Below are positions 23,122 through 34,654 of a stretch of 64,000 bases of DNA, in pieces (the stretch's first letter is position 1; every line of letters starts with the position of its first letter). Location of the stretch: assembly GCF_000281045.1 (NCBI RefSeq), contig NW_008246105.1:405762-469761 (forward strand), written 5' to 3'. Made by a program: the position numbers and the translations under genes. Under the pieces are notes generated by a model, which was not told the DNA's origin, ran no database searches, and saw nothing but the letters and a program-made list of their open reading frames with translations. This DNA is from Saprolegnia diclina VS20. Its lineage: Eukaryota.

Positions 23122-24413
23122 ATGATGGACGAGGGTACCCTCGCTGATGCGATCTTGGCGGCTCATGGCATGTGGTGCTAGTGGTTAGCGCGGACCAGAT
23201 CTACCAGGTCCAGCTCGCCCACCAGCAGCAGCTCCACGCGCAGCTGCAGCAGGTCAGCGCCAACGTCGCCCAGCAGCTCGCGGCCGCGTCGACCGCCAGC
23301 TTTCCCTTTCCTCGCAACTCGCCCGACTTCGCGTGCGAGAACGTCGGCGACCGCATCAAGGGCAAGCGCCGCAAGTACTGCCCGCACGAGGTCACGGCGC
23401 TCGTGCTCGGCGTCCAGCGCTACGCCGACGACAGCTGCCCGTGGAGCAGCATCCTCCGCGACCCGCACCTTGGCCCGCTCTTCCACGGCCGGTCGGGCGT
23501 GGATCTCAAGGACAAGTGGCGCACGCTCATCAAGACCCGACCCGACCTCGCAAGCTATACGGAGAACCGGAAGAACCACCGCAAGTACCGCCCGTTCACG
23601 GCCATGGAAGAGCGCGCGCTCATCGAGGGCGTGAAAAAGTACAACGGCCAGCGCAACGTGTGGAGCCTCATCCTAGTCGACAAGGACCTCGGCGTGCAGT
23701 TCAACGACCGCTCCAACGTGCAGCTCAAGGACAAGTACCGGACCCTGCGGCGGTCCGGGCTCGTCAACACAGTCTCGGTCTCGACGCCAAGCAACCGCAA
23801 GGCCAACCGCCCCGGCAAGCTCGGGCTCATGCGCGGTCCGCTCTCGCCCAAGAGCCGGCAGACACTCAACGCGGCGGCAGCACAGCTCGCGAGCAGCTCA
23901 CTCTTGCAGCAGCAGCAGTCGATGTTTACCGACCCGAATCTCTTCATGTCGACGCAGCTCAACCTTGGTCAGCTCGGACAGCTCACGATCGCGCAAGCCC
24001 AAGCCCAAGTGCAAGCGCAGCTGCAGGCCACCGTGCAGGCCACCGTGCAGTCCCAGTCGCAAGCCGCCCAGGCCGCCCAAGCCAAAACGTTCTCGCAGAT
24101 GCTGGCGGCCGCCAACTCGAGCTACAACAATGCGCTGCCTGCGTTCATGATGTCGGGCTCGGCCTCGCCACAGAACGCCCTCTCATTTTACAACTCGGCG
24201 ACCGGATCGCCGCAGCCCGCAGGCGAGACCACCAAGCGCAACGGCAAGGGCGTGCGCAGCGGCAAGGCCCCCAAGGCTCTGCTCGCGTCGACAACGCCAA
24301 AGGTCAAGAACGTCCTCGACAAGATGGACGCGCCGCTGTCACCGCCGCTGCTCGACAACATGATCCCGATGCCTGCCTCGGTGCAAAACAGCGGCCGGCC
24401 GACCGGATTCTGA
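23122..24413 (+). CDS. Telobox (TRF-like) Myb protein with two Myb domains and a Gln/Ala-rich region
   Basis: RSGVDLKDKWRTL and RSNVQLKDKYRTL. Short first exon MMDE plus a GT-AG intron. Confidence 0.88.
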
Positions 24414-24468
24414 GATTTTGATTTGACGTTGAGTAGGACATGTAGGTAGTTTTATGAATATGGCGTGA

Positions 24469-26504
24469 TCAGTGGTGCATCAGCTGCGTACGGAGCTCGT
24501 GCACGTTCGGCGACGCAAGGTCCAGCGTCAGGTGGTAGCGCGGTGTCGCCTCCAAGCAGCTCACAATCTATTTGTATCAATGTTTCAAGTTGGTACATCA
24601 TGGCGCAAATACCGAGGCGGCGACCGACGCAGGCACCAAGCAAAGACCTTGAAAAAGCCCAACGAGCATGTCTTCCGAGAGGACACTGCCAATCGCGTGC
24701 TCGAAATCGTCGAGTGGGAGACTCGAAAGCAGCTACCGTCGCAACGTGACGGCGGGTCGTCACCCGAATCTCACTCTACCTTGGCCATCGCATCCGGGTT
24801 CGCCTTGGCCTTCAAGAGCCGTCGCCCGGTCGTCGTCGAGAAGGGCTGCGCCGACATCGACGTCGAGACCGGCTTGGTCGGCTTCTTCTTTGCCATAGCC
24901 GCCTTGGGCTTGGCATGTACCGACGACACCTCATCTTGGTTGTTGGAAGTCGCCGTGCCCTCCTTCTTGGGCAGAGCAGGTGCAAGAACAGCGTCCTTGG
25001 GACCCGACACCGGCTTGGGATGTTTGCGCTGCAAGAGCGCTTCGACAAGCGCCTACGACGCCTCATGGGCTCATCATTATGGCTATCGATCGGTGACGAC
25101 GCACCTGCTCTTTGGCGTCCTTGGACATGGCCCGCGCCTACGCCAACAGCACGCTTCACCACCATAAGAGCGTCGCGTTGTGTACCGCTGCTTTCATGGC
25201 CGAGAGGCGCTGGATGGCGTCGTGCAGTGGCTTTGCCTCGTCGCAGCCGTCGACGTGTTCGTGGAGAACCGAGAGAGCGCGGTCCAACTGCGCGAGCTGC
25301 GTCAAGGCGTCTGCGAGCTGTAGCGCCCAACGGCCACGCTCGCTCGGCGTCGGCGGATGCTCCAAACCGGTCTGCAGGTCCCCTATGGCTCTACGCATCC
25401 TCATGAACATGAACTTGATGCGAGATGCGAGACGTACGCCTGGGCGTTGCCTGCGGCCAAGTGCGCTGCCCCACGGAGCGCAAAGGCGCGCTGGCGCTCG
25501 GCTGGCGGAAGGGCGTCGGCGTTGTTATCGCCGTCCAAGACATCGGTACAGAGCTCGAGGACACGGTCGAAGGCCTTGTTCATGAACGCGTCGCTCGCTT
25601 CCTGCACAAGTTGCATCTCTCTCGGGTACTCGACGCCGGCGAGGCTCAAGCTGGCCGTGGCGTCGGCGGCTGGCCATCGGTTAAAGTCGGCAAAGACGTT
25701 GGTCGCAAGCTCGGCTTCGTCGGGCGACGCGCTCGTTGTCCATGTCTCCAAGGATGCCAAGAGGGCGGAGCTGAGGCGGAGCTCGCCTTTCGTATACAGC
25801 TTGCGCACCCAGCTCATGTAGAATGCGAGGATCTGGAGCGCGCAGAACGAGAGTTCGGGCGTCGCCTGGTTGCTCACGAGCTGCTGCACGATCGACGCGC
25901 TGTTGGGCAGCAAGAGCATCTTGTGGTGTAGTGCCTTCTCGAACGACGTCGTCGGCTGCTGGAACCAGTCGAACGCAGGATTGCTCGTGAGCTAGCATAG
26001 ACGATGATGTCTTGGTGCACTCGGAAGGGAGGTTGCACCTGCGTGAACGTGTCGAGGGCTTGACCACGCATGTGGATGTCCTCGTGGTCAAACATGCTCA
26101 CGAGCGTCACGAGACCATCCTGTAGAGCGCATGCATCATGAGGTGGCCACGAGGAGTGTGCTTCGTACGTGCAAGATGAACTCGCTGGCGAACGACCATT
26201 CTTGGGCGTGGCAGAGGTACATCATGGCCAAGTATCGCTGACACGTGATCGCGCAGGGGTGCGTTGCCGGTGCGCCATGCGGCGGCCCTTGCACGAGCGC
26301 CGCATACCACTGCCCATCTGCGGCCGTAGGCTCGAAGAGCAGTTGTCGTGCACGGTCGTCCGTGAGCCGCTTCCGAAGCACCTCCTCGACGCTGGCCGTT
26401 GCCGGCGCCTCGTAGTAGGCTTCAAACTTGGCCACCAAGGCCTCGCGGAGCTCTTCCGGGAACGGTGCGATCGCATGCGCCAGCGTCGCCTGGACGACCT
26501 CCAT
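24469..26504 (-). CDS. Helical-repeat (ARM/TPR-like) protein with RPAP3_C-like C-terminus, multi-exon
   Basis: Start MEVVQATL. TPR-like ALRGAAHLAAGNAQA. C-terminal LLSSLPLDDFEHAIGSVLSEDML...LEATPRYHLTLDLAS resembles RPAP3_C. Confidence 0.6.
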
Positions 26505-26595
26505 GCTCCTGACGATGGCTCCGAAAGATTTTCTGTGGAGCTTCCAAAAACCAGGAAGATGTTTTAAACACTGTTTCATTCGTGTTGGATTCGAT

Positions 26596-27781
26596 TTACG
26601 CTTCAGCGTGCTCGATGGTGTAGACGGCCATGGCGAGCGCGCCCTCGTACGTCTTGTTGCCGCCGATGAAGCCGCCCGCGTGGACAAAGGTGCAGCCGGG
26701 AATACCCGCGATCGTGCTGAGCTCGTCGTCGCGGAAGCCGCGCCAGGCGGCGGGCAGGCCCATGCGCAGCGCAAACTTGCCGTCCTCGACGTTCACGGCC
26801 TGGATGCGCCACATGCCGCCAAGGCTGTCTTCGTAGAGCACAAACTTGATCTGGCCCGAGATGAGGAGCTCGTCCTCGATCGCGTACAGATGCGCCTTCC
26901 ACGGGCAGTACGGGAGCGTGAGGATCTCGCCCGACTTGTGCACAGTGAAGCGCCCGGCGAGCGCCGTCTCGACGATCGTGCGCGCCGGCAGCCACGCCTC
27001 GTAGTAGTAGCGGACGCGCTCGACAAACTCGGAAATCGTGAGCAGCATCGCGTCATGGAAGCGCGCGTTGACCACATCGTCGGTCTGCGGCTCGTTCCAG
27101 CGAGCGTTTAAGTAGCCGACGCGCGAGCTCAGCGACGTCGTGATGCTGTAGTTCTGCGTGCCCGTCGCGACCTCGACGCCGTTGTCGATGCCATCAATGT
27201 GCTCGATGAAGCCCTTGTACATCTTGTGGTACATGATGTCGAGGACCTTGTCGCTGAGCGTGCCATCGCAGATGGTCTGGATGATGTCCCGGCCAAAGTG
27301 CCTAATCGACATATCGATCCTGCATATGCAATAGCTTCAACCTACTTGTAGACAAGGCCAGCGCTCGAGAGCTTCGTCGGCTCGCCGTCCATAGTCCCCG
27401 TGAACGTCTTTTGATGGTGGTCGAACCGGATCGCATCCGGGTTGTACTCGCCGCCGACGTCGACGACCGCGTCGCAGCCCGCGAGCTTGGCCATGTCGCG
27501 CGTGCGGAGGATGTCTACGCCACGTCATTAGTGCATTCCTCATCAGAGAGAAGCTGTACCATGCGCCTCAAACCGCGGAAGGATCTTGAGCATCGAGACC
27601 GCGAGCGCTTCGTCGCAGTGGAACGTGCCATTGTGCGTGCCAATGTACTTGGTGCCCTAGCGCAGCGCCATGAGCATGGGCCAGAGGTAGGTAGAGAATG
27701 ACATCGTACAGGCGCAATGGCCGAGAAGACCTTGGCCTGCTGGACCTTGGCGATCGACTTGTGGAGAGCGCGGCCAGCCAT
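26596..27781 (-). CDS. MYG1: MYG1 family exonuclease (UPF0160)
   Basis: [48 protein letters not shown]. The N-terminus resembles a mitochondrial presequence. Confidence 0.95.
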
Positions 27782-28464
27782 TGCTATCGTGCGGATTTTT
27801 GGATAATGTTACCACTGGTGTTGAAGTTCCCTCCATTTTGTATACCTGCAGGTATGCGTTTTGAGAGGTTCGCGCTGTCCGCCCGCCACGTGCGCTGGGC
27901 GCTCCGGTGCCGGTGCGAGGCCTCTCCCTGCGTCTCTATCTTCGACCATGTAGCCATGAACGGCTCGGAGAGGCTGTCCTCGATGGCGGAGCAAAGGATA
28001 TGTGATGCGGTGTCAATTCGCTTTGCTCAGTGCAGTCGCACTCTGCGGCCGCCACGTTTTTATCTTCTTTGGTTGCCCTGAATCCTGGCATTCGCCGTGC
28101 GTACTCGGCACCACCTAGGCCTCTTCAAGGGCATTAGCGTTGACACGAGTGGATCATCTTTGCCCAGGCGGCGTGCTGCTGCTGACTCAACGTCCAAGTC
28201 TCAAACGACGTCCATGCTCGGAGCTTTTGATGTATGCTTTTTCGCCTTGATGGCAAGCCGAGAGGCGCGGTCAACGACTGCAGCTAGGTGACAGGAGGGT
28301 CACTGGAGAGAAAGTCTACCGGGTATGTCGTCGTACGTGGAGCTGTTCCTGCAGTCTCTCTTTCTACGGGTGACTGGGCGCTTCGATGGGTTGTACTGGA
28401 TAAGCGAATTGCGGGATGCAATTTTCCCTTGCGCAAGATATTTCGTTTTTGGTTGACTGCGGGC

Positions 28465-29391
28465 ATGAAGTACACCAAGTTTACGCACGAGATGGACGTC
28501 TTCCTCCTCGAGAGCCTCCAGGTGAGCAACCCGATGCTGGCGCCGCATGGGTCGCGCCTCGCCGCGTGGAAGGAGCTCGCGCAGACGCTTGGCACGCGCG
28601 TCTGCAACAACGAGGCCGCGTGCACGTGGCAGATCTGCCGGTACAGCCATCGCCCATGGTGTGTGCGTGATGCAGCGATGCGTAGGGACCGCGCCAAGGC
28701 CCTTCTGCATATGCACGAGCACGGGCAGGAGAAGAAGCTCTTCAAGAACAGCGCGTCGCACCACGACCTGAAGCGCAAGGAAGCGCTCATCGTCGCGCTG
28801 CGCGAGACGCTGCCAGAGAAACGGGCCAGTGCGATCCTCAAGAAGGACAAGCCCGCAGGCGTCAAGAAGAAGATGGCGCCGCTCTCAGCGCCGGCACGGG
28901 TCGCGTCGTCGTCGCTGCAGCCGCTGCGACCGCTGCTCAAGCAAGAGAACACATCGCCCAACCCAGCGCCAGTGCTGGTGCCAACTCCGACGGCGCTCAA
29001 AGCACCCATAAGTCGCAAGCGCAAGGAGATGCATGTCGAGCCCGACGTCGACGCCCGGCTGCGCGTCCTCACGACCGCGGTCGAGACCAAGATTCGAGAC
29101 GACATGGAGACGCGGGCGACAGATCTGCGCCTGCGGCAGCAGGAGCTTGAGATGCACCAGCAGATTCTGCGGTATCTCGAGACCAACATGTCGTATACGA
29201 CTTCCTCGTACATATGTATCTCATGAGATCGTAGGCCCGCCGGCGCGGTGCCCGAGAAGCTCGTCGATCTCATCGAGCGCAAGATGAGCTTTGACATGGA
29301 GCACCGGAAGCGCGACCTCGAGCTGCGCCAAGCCGAGATCATCTTCCAGAACCAGCTTCTGCGCTACCTCACGCATGGCGGCGGCGAGTAG
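28465..29391 (+). CDS. Hypothetical protein with N-terminal Myb/SANT-like helix and C-terminal coiled coil
   Basis: MKYTKFTHEMDVFLLESL...AWKELAQTL...CRDR. Duplicated LRQQEL/LRQAEI...LRYL segments. Coding-like GC3. Confidence 0.65.
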
Positions 29392-29511
29392 CCCATAGCA
29401 CCCTCCCTTTGTTGTTGCATGCCTCCTCTATCTATGACATGTTCTCTGTCTACCTCGCTTGCATATTGATGCTATCTTCCTGAGGTTGACGTAGTACATA
29501 TATGAGGTGGA

Positions 29512-29901
29512 TCATTTCTCCTGGCGCTGGTTGCAGGACACGCGCTTGGCGTCCGCGCGCGTCGCCTTCGCATCGTCGTCCTCGTCGGGTGTGAAGGCCT
29601 TGGCCTCGGCGGCGAGGCGCTCGAGGAGCTCGCGGATGTTGCCTTGAATCGTACTCAGCTCCTTCTTGGTCTGCGTGTAGTTCCAGTCCTTCTCCTGGAG
29701 CGACCGCTCGCGCTTCATCGTGCGCTGCTGCTTGGGGTCGCACTCGAGGTCTTCGTGGATCTCCTCGTCCGCGATCTCGGGGATGTCGTCCGTCATCTTG
29801 GCCGTGAACGACTTGCAGCGCACGGCGAGGTCCTGGAGCGCGCAAGAGAGCTCGAGCTCGGCGTCCTCGTCCACGCTCTCGCAGCTGTCTTCGAGGTTCA
29901 T
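29512..29901 (-). CDS. Small acidic coiled-coil hypothetical protein
   Basis: 129-aa ORF with strong coding codon bias. Confidence 0.65.
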   Translation of the reverse strand: MNLEDSCESVDEDAELELSCALQDLAVRCKSFTAKMTDDIPEIADEEIHEDLECDPKQQRTMKRERSLQEKDWNYTQTKKELSTIQGNIRELLERLAAEAKAFTPDEDDDAKATRADAKRVSCNQRQEK

Positions 29902-30227
29902 CTTCCAAATATGGACCCATCGCCAACGGCCTCATGGCGTAACCGACCTCGAGCCGTCGCCATCGTCCAGACGTCGTCTTGGCTAGCGCATCGCCATGCG
30001 TCTTCGTCTACCTGCGAACGACGTCGTATGCCCCTTCGCAGCGGCTTGGTCGGTGCCGGCTCGCGCTTGGCTAGGCATAGTATTTTGATGCACATTTAAA
30101 GTACACTTGGGTTTTGTAAGCAAATGCGCGAAAAGAATAAAAACGCCCGCTCGCTTCGTTCTTGAAGCAGCGAACCAGTAACTTGATCCCATTCCATTTT
30201 GACCACAGAAGAGGCAAGCGGACAAAC

Positions 30228-30866
30228 ATGAACGTGGATCTGGACGTCGCGCAGCTCGAGGCCGAGGCCGAGGCCATTGAGAACAACACGCAGGTCGTCG
30301 ACCAGGAGATTGAGGACATGAAGCGCCGCGTGCAGGAGATGGAAGAGGAAGCGCAGAAGCTCAACCAGATGCACAGCCACGTCCAGTCGCAGATCCCGAA
30401 GGACGCGGCCGCGACCGCCGCCGCTGCCGCCGCCGCCATGGACGAGAACTCGATTTACGTTGGCCAGGTCGACTACGAAGCCACGCCCGAGGAGCTCCAG
30501 GCGCTCTTCCAGAGCTGTGGTACCATCAACCGCGTCACGATCCTCTGCGATAAGTTCACGGGCCAGCCCAAGGGCTACGCGTACATCGAGTTTGCGAGCC
30601 ACGACGCGGTCGAGAGCGCGTGCCTCCTCAACGACACGAGCTTCCGCGGCCGTCAGCTCAAGGTCACGCCCAAGCGCGTCAACGAGCGGGGCTTTAACTT
30701 TGCCCAGCGCGGTGGCCGCGGTGGTCGTGGCGGCCGGGGCCGTGGCGGCTTTGGCGGCCGTGGCGGCTTCAACCCCAACTTTGGTGGCCGTGGCGGCTAC
30801 GCGCCCCGCGGTGGTCGCGGACGTGGCCGTGGCCGGGGCCCGGCGTACCACCCGTACGCGTATTAA
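30228..30866 (+). CDS. PABPN1: Nuclear poly(A)-binding protein 2 (coiled coil + RRM + RGG)
   Basis: [31 protein letters not shown] tail ending YHPY. Confidence 0.96.
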   Translation: MNVDLDVAQLEAEAEAIENNTQVVDQEIEDMKRRVQEMEEEAQKLNQMHSHVQSQIPKDAAATAAAAAAAMDENSIYVGQVDYEATPEELQALFQSCGTINRVTILCDKFTGQPKGYAYIEFASHDAVESACLLNDTSFRGRQLKVTPKRVNERGFNFAQRGGRGGRGGRGRGGFGGRGGFNPNFGGRGGYAPRGGRGRGRGRGPAYHPYAY

Positions 30867-30978
30867 AAGAACCATTTCGGTCTTAAAAGAATGCTTTTAA
30901 AAAAAGAGGGAGTAAAAAAAAAGAAAAAAGATCCGATTCCCCCACGCCCACTTGACCGGACCTCATTGCCCACCAAGC

Positions 30979-32686
30979 TCATGCAAGCTTCTTGGACGGC
31001 CGCTTGGAGCCGGGCGCGGCCGCCGCCGACTTGCGCTTGAGACTCCCGCCCTTGGACGCGACCTTGGACGCAGCTGCTACACACGTGGCGCCATGAGCAA
31101 GCACCAAGACGAGCGTTGGCATCGTACTGCTGGGCGGCGCGACGAGCGTCGTGATGACAGGCGCGTCGCCGCCGTCCGCCTTGCCCTCCAGGGGCATTGC
31201 GTGAAGCTGCGTTCTCGGTACGTGCACCGCGCCTGTGATCGCTTGGTACTTTGCGCTGAGCGCATGCACCTCGTTGGACTTGACCGCGAGGGCCTTCTTG
31301 ACCGCGAGGAGGCCGAGGATGTCCTGGCGCACGCTGTCGTACGCGGTGCAGACCTGCTTGGTGGGCATTGGGCGTGGCGGCATGTGAAACTAACACGAAT
31401 CTACAGCCCTTGCGACTTGATTTGCAGCGGTGTACCTCTTCGAGCACCAGTGCCATCTTGCGCAGGAGCTTGCCGCTGAGGCCCATCTTGGCGGTTGTCG
31501 ACGGCAGTGCTTGGGTCGTACTGCGAAAGTAGACGCCGGGTGGCATGGGCGCGTGCACAATCTGATGGCGCACGTCCGCCAGCTCCTACGCCAGCGGTGC
31601 AGAGCGATGAGGAGGTGGAAGGTGTCTACCTTGCGCTTCTTCATGTCGACACGCACGACAGCCTTCTTGAGCTGCGCCTCGATCGTCTTGAGCTCTTCTT
31701 GGAGCTTCTTGATGGCTGACTCTTCGGCGTTCGAGCGGTTGAATGACACTTCGAGCTGCGCCTTGCGCTGCTTCTCGTATGCTATGTGGAAGCGGTACGC
31801 GACCGGCTTTTCGACGACGGGAGCAAGAACGACCGGCGCGGGTTCAGGCTCTGTCGGCGGCGTCGCAGGTTCGGCCTCCTTGGTCTCTTCTTCGTCTGGG
31901 GTCTCCGCAGCCCCCTCGTCTTTGCTCGGCGTGCTGTCGGGGGCAGTGGCCTCGGGCATCTCGTTGGTTGCTTCGACGGCTTCGACCTCAATTTTGGGAA
32001 CCTCGTCGACCACCGCCGGCGTCGTGTCCCGCCGCAGCTCGGAGAGCAGACGCGTCGCTTCGTAGTACCAATACTTGATGTCTTCCATCGTTCGCGCTGC
32101 GTGCTTTGCGCCAAAGTTGTACCGGTCCGTGACCACGACCCAGCGCAGCTCGTAGCGTTCGCAGACAGCCCAGAGCGCGACCGTCTCGTCGTACGTCCAC
32201 GGCTGCGGAATCGCAGGGTCCACATAGTCCTTGAGCACCTTGTCAAACTCGTCGCTCGAACAGACGGGCGTGACGTGGCATGTGACGTTGAAGCGGGCGA
32301 ACGGGTACTCGAGCCCTTCGGGCAGCGCGGCCTTGACCCAGTGCGACAGCACGAGGTCGTCTGTCCGTGCGCTGTTGCGAAACTCCCGGCGCAGCCTAGA
32401 CATAGCGTCAGAGTCATCCTAGACGTGGGCCATACCATTTGACGCGCTGCGTCGACTTGACCAAGAGCGACTTCTTGAGCGGCAACGACGTCGTGGGCAT
32501 TGACGAGACGTGCACGCGGCCGCCAAGGCCGAGGCCCAGTCCATGGTTGGCCTTCGATTCCTGCAGCAGAAGCAGCTCGCGGTGGATCTTGGACTTGGCC
32601 TTGGGCTTCTCTTCCTTCTTCACGGGCTTGGGCGTCGTCGCGGGCGCAGCGCCGCCCACGCCCAAGATGTCCGCGACATCCCCCAT
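30979..32686 (-). CDS. DMAP1: DMAP1/SWC4/Eaf2 (NuA4/SWR1 subunit), multi-exon
   Basis: MGDVADILG, FRNSARTDDLVLSHW, YPFARFN, SANT WTYDETVALW...RW...DRY, YEKQRK, GVYFRS. Confidence 0.92.
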
Positions 32687-33231
32687 GATTTGATATTGGT
32701 TTCCAGAGGCTTCTACTTTTGCAGTGTACACTAAATAGGGAGCTTCGAAATTCTAGGTGTAAATTGATGTGCTACAGTAAATGATGTTACTTTTATTTTA
32801 TTACAAAGTAACACTATTTAGAAATAGGATACTCGCAGAAGCCACCAACCGAAGCGGCAACGATGAGCAAGTGCGGTGACAATTTCCTCTTTCGCTATGT
32901 CGATGATCAGCGAAAACAAGGGGCTTTGTACTGCGCTAGCTCAGGGTTAGCGTGTCGGCGGCGGCTGGTTGTTCAAGAACACTATTTCTGCATGGGCAGG
33001 TGGTTTCTTTTCGGCCCGGCTACATCACTTGGGGTTTGTATGCTCGAAGATCCACATCAGACAATTACCTTATGCAAGACATTCGAAGGTGATCGCACGA
33101 ATCAGCGTACTTTAAATGGCTGGAATGGTACTGTATAGAGGAATATCTATTTTTGAGCGACATCCCAAGGATCGCGACTCTTTACTAAGATCGAAGGCGC
33201 AGCCATCTCGACGTCAAAGACGAAGAAGATC

Positions 33232-34352
33232 ATGACGCAGCAACATCGAGGAGAGTACGACGAGTACTTGATGGCCGACTCGATGGACGAGTACACGAAG
33301 CGCGACAAGGGCGGGAAGAAGGCGTGGACGCCCGACGAAGACCAGCAGATCGTCGCGCTCGTGGCCAAGCTCGGCTGCAAGCACTGGTCAAAGCTTGCCA
33401 AGATGATGCGCGAGCAAAACGCTGGCTGTGTTCGAAGCGGCAAGCAGTGCCGAGAGCGATGGCACAACCACCTCGGTACGACAGCGAATGCCCACCATTA
33501 TGGTGCGACCGAGTTGCGTTTGTATAGACTCGACGATCAAGAAGGGACCTTGGACAAAGGAGGAAGAAGAGCTCCTGATCCGTGCTCACAACGAGCACGG
33601 CAACCAGTGGAGCAAGATCGCCAAGCTCTTTCACGGCCGAACAGACAACGCCATCAAAAACCGATGGTGGACACCATGACCTCGCGCCTCGTCCTCACGC
33701 CGCCACGTAGGTTTGCCAAGCAGCGCCGCGAGTCCCGCCGCACGGGCAAAGCCAACTCGCCATTCGATCATTTCGCTCACGTACGTCCCGCCCTGCGCCA
33801 CGACATCGCTTTGACGAGCGAACGGCACACAGGACTCGGACGAATTGCAGCTGACACCACGACCAACCCACCGACTTCTGCACATGAGGTACATGTACAC
33901 GCCCTCAGCAGCTCGAGATGCTGAGCCGAGTCTTTGTAGCGACATGATGAGCTCGCCACGCCACACCTGGATATCCCCGGTCAAGGCAGAGTACGTCAAT
34001 CGTGAGATCGCTTCGACGTCACGCTTACTGGGACCACTCTACGCAGGCCTGCGCCGTCCGCGCTCTGGAGCGCACAAGGCGCGCTATACTCAAATGCGCC
34101 GTGGCGTTCATTGCAGCAGTACGCGACGTAACTCATGCACGCAATCTCACACTCTGCGACCATAGGATGGACGACATGTCTTCGTTCGACCTCGGTCTCA
34201 TGGAAGGCTACTCGATGGACTATACGTCGGTGCACCACGGACTTCGCGACGACGCACCATACCATGACGACGATGGCGAGAGCAAGCCGTCTGCGCGGCT
34301 GCTACCGCTCATGGAGCTAGACTTGGATTGGACCGACAAGGTCCTGATTTAG
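33232..34352 (+). CDS. R2R3 Myb transcription factor, multi-exon
   Basis: WTPDED...RSGKQCRERWHNHL / KGPWTKEEE...GNQWSKIAK...GRTDNAIKNRW. Confidence 0.92.
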
Positions 34353-34654
34353 CAAAATCGTCGTTGTTTCAAGTAGTTCGCCGTCCTTGCGTGCTTGTTA
34401 GCGTGGCCACGCCCATGCTTGAGGGTGATGCAGAGCACATGGGATGGGCTGCCGGCGCTCCAAACCTCCTTCGCAGCGCCGTGGGCGTTGCCGGACCCTT
34501 GAGGATCGCCGTATCTTCCACCAGTGGTGGCTGCACTTCGAACTTCGTATGTTGGTCGAAAATCGAAGTTCCCATACACAAGAGCTGGATTCGAAGCTCG
34601 ATGGCCATCGAAGGAACGACGTTGCGAAGACGAGATCTGCATTTCGCAATTGCG

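Noticed and set aside
34328..34654. N-terminal extension of the 1105-aa PAPSS ORF
   Set aside because: It overlaps the Myb 3' end, begins at a non-ATG codon and lacks coding bias. An Inr-like sequence precedes ATG 34655.
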